From the NCBI GenBank assembly GCA_043228905.1, contig JBHGNT010000001.1:33046001-33110000 (forward strand): a stretch of 64,000 bases of DNA. The letters are read 5' to 3'. This DNA comes from Azolla caroliniana (taxonomy: Eukaryota > Plantae > Polypodiophyta). A model generated the notes under the pieces. It was not told where the DNA came from and did no database searches. It worked only from the letters and a program-made list of their open reading frames with translations. Position 1 is the first letter of the stretch. Every line of letters starts with the position of its first letter. This document shows, piece by piece, positions 43,480 to 64,000 of the stretch. Position numbers and translations under genes: made by a program.

Positions 43480-43790
43480 TTTTGTTAAACCCCAAGGTTT
43501 TTTATTGTTTTCTTTGTCCATTTGAACATTGACTTCACGCATTCTTGGGTTGGAGTATGCTTCGAAAATGTGGTGACATCGTTTGTGAGGGTATCACATG
43601 TCATAAATATTGCCATGTTTGAGATGGTGCATTTAGACTGCATTGGGAACCAATGAATTAGGTAATTGAGTTGCATGATACTTTATGGTTAAAGAAAAGC
43701 TTGTTGAAAACTTTGCAAATCGAGTGGTCTATGCTAGGAACACATTGGTTATTAAACATTGGAAAGGTGTAATTCAAGAAGTTATGTCTA
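43480..43790 (+). mobile_element. Possible decayed copia RNase H C-terminus
   Basis: IELHDTL..KEKLVE..LQIEW loosely resembles the copia HIE.HYHFVREK..I.IE motif. Confidence 0.3.
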
Positions 43791-44110
43791 CATCAACTTT
43801 GTGAGTGATGGAAGGATAAGTGTGGCTTCATTTAGGGAGCTATCATCTACACACCACTTAAGAATCACCAATTGATTTAAGGAGCAAAAATGGACCAATA
43901 ATTTGTAGATTAGTATGTTTAAATAGACTAGAAGACGAGGATAGAAAAGATGTAGTCAAAACAAATGATGATCATACAATGGTAGCCCATAGAATGAAGT
44001 AATTTGACAATGTCAATATCATGGATTGCGATTAAGATTGATGCAAAACTTGGAATATGAATTTATTTTTCGACAATAGATTTTGAGCTATTAATATGGA
44101 CTTTGTTTAT

Positions 44111-44605
44111 TAACAATCGGCAACTGTTCGGTTTGGTTTGGTTTGAGAGGGTCCAAACCTAACCATTTTAAATTTTTGAAACCTGAACCAAACCGTGAAA
44201 CTATTAAACCAAACCGGTAAACATTTTTCAAACCGTTAAACCATTAAACCATAAAAACGTAAAAACTGCGGTTTCATGGTTCGGTTTCGGTTTTCAACAT
44301 AGGTCAATTTTTAATTTTTTAATTTTTTAATTTTTAAAATTGATAATATTTCATTTTTAAAATTTTAAAATTTTTAAAGATGTTCCTAAAATGTGATAAT
44401 AAGGTCTAAAAATGAAATGATTCTTTAAAAACAAAATTTCAATTTTTTTAGATTTTTTTACAATTTAAAAAATAATAATTCAAAACCGTTAAACAATTGA
44501 AACCGCGGTTTTTTACTGTTCCGAACTGAACCGTTGAAACTGTTAAGCCGTTAAACCACGGTTTCGCGGTTCGGTTCGGTTCAAACCGACCGTTGCCGAT
44601 TGTTA
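44111..44605. mobile_element. Non-autonomous hAT-type MITE, 495 bp
   Basis: TIRs TAACAATCGGCAAC..TCGGTTTG at both ends, a perfect 8-bp TSD TTGTTTAT (44103-44110 and 44606-44613), subterminal AAACCG/CGGTTT repeats and an AT-rich core. Confidence 0.9.
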
Positions 44606-46147
44606 TTGTTTATAGATACTCAATTCTAAATTTTGAAATATTGATAAAAGATTTACAAGGTAGTGAGATCGTCTGTTTGATCAGATGCTTATACTAGCTT
44701 TTGTATCTTACAATAAGAAGTGAGATGAAATGTCTCCTTATGTTTTGTTTATGTATAGTTTTCAAGTAATATATACATACTAAGGTGTATCTTTCTTAAA
44801 TAAAAAAAAGATTTACAAGGTGCATTGTTTTATAGGAAATATTTGTGGGAAATGAGTAGAAATAAGAATGATAATTCGTTTTGATAAATATGGACTCCTT
44901 AAATTGGGCAACATGATATACATACACGGTACACCCAAGGATATACATGCAAAGGAAAAGTCAACTTTTGTTTCAAATTGTTTGTTTGGGCAAACAATTT
45001 GAAAAGATAAAATCTTTTTTTCTTGAATCATTTTTTTATCTATATAAAACTAAGTGTATTATGAGGATGAGGAACAACAAAGGTGCAACAAAAAACGATT
45101 GCAGTTAACATTCCAACAACAAAAATAACGGCAAATGTGACAATTAGGACGATGAGAACTTTTGTTCAACGACAAAATCAATGATTGAGTTGGGCTATGG
45201 CTAGCAACAAAAGACCATGACACATTACCAATGAAAGCTTAACTAGTTAACAATGACTGGCCTCGGCCACGATGAATGATGATGAGAAAGGTAAACAATG
45301 ACAATTAGTTGCACAAGGCACTGTAGAGAAAAGCGTACATTGATTGGGGGGGGAGGGGTCCTCATTTCTATGCTAGTTATAAAAACCCAAAACAAATATA
45401 CCTTTCTTCTTTGATTGTAAAAGTAGATCCATGTGCAACTAACTTTGATACAACCATGATGGCTCTAGAGTTTGAACCATTAACAACACAACACAAGTCT
45501 TCTCCCAACCATGAAATATATATGGTATAAAATGCTAGGATTACCATACTCCTCGCACATTAATGCACTGCCCAAGGGTCTTCCTCACCATGCACCCTAA
45601 GCTACCATGACTTAGTTTGTCATGGTTTTCGTGAGCAAAGCTTGTAGCAGCAGTGTCCTAATTCCGTGTTCATATGAGGGTTCTGAGAGGTCTCACCAAG
45701 CGCCATGGGCCAAAGCTTAGTTTCGCAGAGTGGAGTCGATGCCAGAGGCAGAGAGAGAGAGTCACGTGTCATTAGTAGAGTTTCTGAGAGTCATTACATT
45801 ACCGAGAGCAAGTGCTATGAACCTGACCGCCCTCTCCAATAATATAATAAGAGAATATGTACACTCTATACATATGTAATTTGTCTTTGTATTTGTATGT
45901 ATGTATCCCAAAAGAAGGGTCCTCGGTGACCATGGAAGGAGTTACATACATACATACATACATACAGACATATGTATGTATAGCCCTGTAATTTATTTAT
46001 TAAACGATTCTTCTCTTTACATACAGAGAAGAAGGAAAAAGGCGGGAACCGCCATGGCCGAGCTCTACACTGCTTCGCTTCCTCTTTCCGAACTCAGAGA
46101 AAGAGAGGAAAACTAAACAAAATAAAAGTAAAAAAAATAAATTAGAA

Positions 46148-58713
<12,566 letters not shown>

Positions 58714-61565
58714 GAGTTGTATTTGTATATATGTATGTTGCAAAAACAGGTATGAATGCCAGGTACAAATGTAGAATATTTTTGTTTCTCCACATCTATC
58801 ATACAGAAGAGGCAAGGCTCCATGTATAACCAGGGTGGGTTAAATAAAATACACGCAAATCACCAATCTTAGTGATAATGTACGTGGCTATCATAGCTAT
58901 TCTTCAAAACGCTGTAGTGAATGCACTCAAATCTGTAGAAAATTGGAATGGGCTGCTCATATAGATATCAATCAAGTGAGCTTTTCAGCTGAACTTCTAC
59001 CACTGTAATATATGTAATGTTTTCATCATTAAAGATTTGCATTGGTGCTGCTTTGTTTGTCATCTTAATCTACTGTGATGCATGACTATTTTACTTTCGA
59101 TTGTAGTATTCAAACATACCTTAAATAGTAACATACTGTTCCATTACTTTAGTTTCTGCCAGTTCTGTAACCGGTGAATACTTGTATGAATATTTATTGA
59201 CATTTATTGAATATTGTTGTAAACGTCAGTTGGTTTTTACTCAACATGGAAACAGATACACCATAGTGTGTATGAGTTTGTCTAAGGCATTCTTGTTCAC
59301 ATTTCTCATTTTGTTTCTCCTTGAATTGGTATCAGCTGTTATTTTTTACAGTATTTTAATGTGAACGTTTTTTTCATTACCTTTCGATATCACAGTTTGT
59401 ATTCATAATTAAAAGTACAGATGTATGGTCTAGGGTTTAGAACATCATATTAGCAGGAATTCACTAACATGAAATATGGTTAATTTGGAGTTTTATGAAA
59501 ATTGTTACCTTACTCAATGGGTATTCGTTGATTTTTACCTTAATGAATACTTGTACATTCTACCTCCACTTAAAGAATGCACTCAAGAAGATTGGGACAA
59601 GAATTATGACCAAAGTTGGTGGATATTGTAGGCATGTGACCATGCGTTTTCCTAAAAAGGGAATCTGTGAACATGAGCTCAACATTTTGTTATTCACAAA
59701 AGGAGAACTTATGTGTGATTATGAACTGTGAGTCGTTCCTAAACATAGAGAGACTATGTGTGAGTATGGAAGGAGATAACCAATGCAAATTATTGGTATA
59801 GAGAGACTATGTGCTCCTACAATATTGTGTAGATGGAGCAAAGACAATGTCAAAGTATTTCATTGACTTTCTGAAACATAAACTATAGAAAGATAACTAA
59901 GACTAAAAAATAACATCTCATTCCCATCTATTAATAATAAAAAATTTATTTATATGTAATCCTTAAAGATTAATGCGTCAGAATTGAAGAGATTTTGTTT
60001 TTCTAAAATATTCATGAAAACTATTCATTTCTTAAAGCCATTCTTTAAAGTTCATGAAAACTAAGCTTCTCACAACTTTATTGACTATACATTTCTTTCC
60101 CCATGTTAATTTTGTTTTCAAAAGATTCCAAGATTTTAGCCCTTAATCACATGGTCTTTATCAAGGATTTGCTACATAGGTGTCCAAGTTATGGGTGCCA
60201 AACTTTTGTTACTTTCTGTTATAAGTTTTCTCTAGCAAAAAAAAGAAAAAGGAGGAACAAAACACACATTATCAAAACCATGATTTATGTGATTCTAGTT
60301 TCCTTGCACACATCTTGGGTGCATGAGAAATTTAGGCTGTTAAACTTTTGGATAGAAAAGCTAGTCAACACTATTTCTTTTTATATAGGTTTATGTAAGC
60401 ATGGGAAAACTATCATTTCTTATTATCAAACATGAGTTTCAAAAGCAAGAGGAGCCATGTTTGTTTGTTGTGAGCGTTTGTGCATCCCTTTGATTCTTTC
60501 GTCATTGTGCAATGTTACAAAAGTATTTTTTATTAATTTGGCGGTTTAACTACCAACAAGCTAATCCTTGTTGAGTATGTATTCATCCTTTTGGATCAAT
60601 CCTTTTGTTCAAAGGGCTTCATATCCAAGAGAAGAACGTATATACATCACAATTTTAATACAGGACAAAAAGTCAAGTTATTATTGTACAAGTGGCAATT
60701 CTAGGGGAAAGTTTAGCCCCTATATAGCATGGATCTAGTGCACGGTTTAGGTACTCTAAAAAGCAATATATATTTAAAATACAGCACTAAAACAAACGGC
60801 TTGTTAGTTTGTAATGTAGGATTTATGGCACGCTTAATTTGTTGGTCACCTTAGTGGTCTAAACGTTTAGAGTGCAATGAGAAATTTCTATGTTAGACAT
60901 TCATTGCACATATTAATCAATATAATATTGAATCCATTTCACCATGGCAACCATAGAATGGTGTAAATGTGAAGCATGATGTATGCCTACCCATGTGGGT
61001 GATCGTATCAACAAAGATGATAAAATGAGCCAATGTACTTCTACTCAAGCAATGCACCATAGTGAAGTGGTATAATTCTAACTTGTGCTTGTGAGAGCCA
61101 TGGGCCAACAAAATATGAAAGTCATTTTATACATTAATGTGGGAATCAAAGGTTTGACAAAGATCACATTTATAACAATTTTCTTCTTAAATTCAAGGTC
61201 TAACAAGTGCACCCTCCAATAACAAGATAAGCATGCTATTTGCAAATAGTTAATAAAAATATATCCTAATTAGAACATGATGCATCTTGATTAGATCATA
61301 AGCTTTATTAGTCTACGTCATTAACTTGCGAAAACAAGCTCAATTGAATGTCACACCAAATTACATCAAAATGCTTAATTTTGATTTGATATGAGACCAT
61401 ATTTGATGTCCAGGGGCGATAATAAACATTATCTATAATCTCCAGGTCAGACACCAGGACATATTTGACCTCTTTGGAGAATAAAAAATTGCATTTATCA
61501 TTCCCTCTCATTTCCAATTAGCACTCAAGTTGGGCGGACGCACTTGGGTTTCGTTCTCTTCCTTT

Positions 61566-62387
61566 TTAATACTCCTTGGACGGAAGCACCTTACCATGGC
61601 ATGTACCAAACCCCACCGTTAAATTCCCTTTCTGCAAAATACAACCCATCACACTTAGCCTCAATTATAACGAGCTGTGTGTGGGTGTGTTCTTACGTTA
61701 TTTTAGTGGGTTCTCTCGCCTCTTGTTGAGGCAGTGAGTTCAAGTTACTACTATCAAGTAAAGGCACTGTTATCAAGCTAAATGATTAACTAGTTTTCTG
61801 CATAGCTGTTGTTCAGATGGCATTTGTTGTGTATTTAGTATTCTTTAATGGATGTCCAAATCATAATAATAGTTCCCCATTAATAGAATCTGTTAATTAC
61901 TTTTAAAAGATAAAGAAAATGGTTTTGCAAGTGACAGTCTTGCCTTGGATTGCTTCTTCTTCGTTTTGTTGTTTAAATATTTTATCTTTTAGATAACAAG
62001 TTAATTAGAACTTGTATATACCTTGCAAAGTCCAGATATGATAACCTCATCACCATCTTCAAGATATTTTCTTGTCCCACCATGTTCAAGTATCACATCA
62101 TTTTTTCCATTGTTAGACATCTCTAACAAGCATCCATAACTATCCAAATCCTATACACCAAACAAAAGTGTAATTTAAGATGTCACCGTAAATGAAATAA
62201 GACTTATATTGCATTGTGTAAATTAATTTAAATTGCAGATATACCGGACCGCTGATGGTGCCAGATGCTAACAAATCACCAGGCCTCAAATTACAACCAT
62301 TTATTGTATGATGAACCAGTTGTTGGGCCATGGTCCAGTACCTTCGCATAATCAAGCAAACTACAATAATCTCTCTTTTTTCGGTGA

Positions 62388-62431
<44 letters not shown>

Positions 62432-63958
62432 AGAAGAAAGAATTTGTCAATTGTGTCATGAAGGAGTGGAATCCGAAGAACACTATGTTTGTCACTGTAG
62501 TGTCTTTTATGAAATCAGAGGGAGATACCATTGCCTTTTTAAACAAGGCTTTGGCCTGCTACGCAAGGTAATAGAATATGAGGACCAACGGTGCCTAGGA
62601 CTTTTCGGGAAAAGTTGTTGAAGAATACAGCCACACAAGCTCATCCACAAAGAACAATCACAACTTTCTTTAGCCCCATCACTGCTACTAATGCTACAAG
62701 TCAATCAAGTGATACACAAATGGGCTCCCCACCAAGACATAACAAAGGGGTTACAATTGATCGGGCAAGCAATTCGTCGTGCACATACGTGCACCCGGCC
62801 CCATGGACCACGACCTTAACACCCTTGTCATCGACAGATAAAAGCCATTATCTCCCGCCATCGCAGGTGCTTCCCTCGCTTCTGAGACCTGTCCATTCTG
62901 GATCGACCTATCCTAGAGATCTTTTGAAGACAAAAGTTACAATACATCTAACGTGCGAATCTCACATGCGCCAAAAACCAGTTTACCTCGTCTCTTTTTA
63001 TCTTATTTATTTATTGTGATTTGTTGTTCTCAAAGACGAGATAACACTTAAGATGTAATCTCTTGTTTGGTCTTATAGGCCATTTTGGCCTGTTAAAAGA
63101 CATTAATATTTCTTTCTTTCTTTCTCTCTCTCTCTCTGGTTCATGGGTTTTAAACCAAGTTCAAATTTCGTTATATGCACTACTTTATTAGAAGGCGGTA
63201 TCTGAATGATGCCAATCTTGTGGATCATGCAGATGCCCTATAGGGGAATAAAATGCATATGAAGCAAAAATACCCTTATTGAGTATCAAATTCCAGGTCT
63301 TACATATGTTTGAAATTGCTTCGGCATACAACAGATTGGCCTCAGAATGGACATAAGAAAGGGAATTGGGGAATACAAAGCAAAATTACACTTATTAAGC
63401 ATAAAAAAACAGAACTTACAGATGTTTGAAATTGCTCTGGCATACAACAGATGCCTTCTCTGCTCCATCTGGTTTGATTGCCACCTTCAGTAACCAACGA
63501 TTAGAAGAGTTAAGGTCTCGTGTGAAGATAATATCACAAATTTAAGAAACAAATAACCTAGTTGTTAATATCTTTAACCTGTATTGGTATATCATAAGTG
63601 AACCGTGATGTTTCTGTTAAGTATGGTAAACAACTTGGGTCCTGGAACAATTCAGAAAAAAGTACTAGTAAGATTTAGGTTACGATAGTACAGACAACAT
63701 TTCGCCACATGACTTAATGGGTATTGAAAATCACCTGTTTAATAGTTTCACATTTGAAAGGTTCTAATGCTTCAAGAGTTACTATCCATGGTGAAATACT
63801 TGTCCCTACGTAACGCCAATGAGAACATGAAACAGATGCAAAACCTTGTGTATAATTCAAGAGAATTTCCGCAATTCTTCATCATCCTCAATGCTCACCA
63901 AAGTTTTTGCCCAGGAATGGTCCAAGGGGTTGAGCCTCCCAAAATTGGATGTCCCTAG
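61566..63958 (-). CDS. FAH: Fumarylacetoacetase (FAH/SSCD1-like), 3' exons only; gene continues beyond the window
   Basis: Exons 63958-63899, 63805-63735, 63641-63579, 63484-63420, 62341-62245, 62150-62022 and 61631-61566. They encode [72 protein letters not shown] and VGFGTC.GKVLP. Confidence 0.92.
62431..63137 (+). mobile_element. 5'-truncated RTE-like LINE 3' end in an FAH intron, flanked by (TC)n on both sides
   Basis: C-terminal zinc motif [32 protein letters not shown], 3' hairpin AGGCC-ATTTT-GGCCT (63077-63091), tail (TTTC)n(TC)n, and (TC)n upstream at 62391-62430. Confidence 0.8.
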
Positions 63959-64000
63959 CTGTATATATACTATAAATTTCAATCTGAAAGATAACTAATG

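Overview
Land-plant nuclear DNA with spliceosomal introns. PLS-type PPR relics and RTE-like LINEs hint at a non-seed plant such as a fern, which is inference only. I reconstructed five spliced genes exon by exon: a plastid-type P-class PPR-SMR gene (+, 7394-10768, with one GC-AG intron), a group III GSK3/SHAGGY-like kinase (-, 15008-19745), a uridine/inosine nucleoside hydrolase NSH1/URH1 (+, 39780-42890), SMC5 (+, 46148-58713) and the 3' part of a divergent fumarylacetoacetase (-, 61566 to beyond the window end). The window also holds a tRNA-Leu(CAG) gene and an intronless ORF (-, 11510-12193) for a predicted secreted His/Asp-rich repeat protein that I cannot assign to any family. Intergenic space contains nested LINEs, Ty1/copia fragments, an RTE-like LINE family with a 3' stem-loop and (TC)n tail, a tRNA-derived SINE family, a hAT-type MITE with a perfect 8-bp TSD and a rearranged PLS-PPR pseudogene. 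The most notable items are the His/Asp-rich secreted protein, a 13-copy strand-biased ACGTG (G-box/ABRE) cluster upstream of the GSK3 gene, the active-site-variant FAH, and the microsatellite-associated LINE/SINE families. None has been checked against databases.
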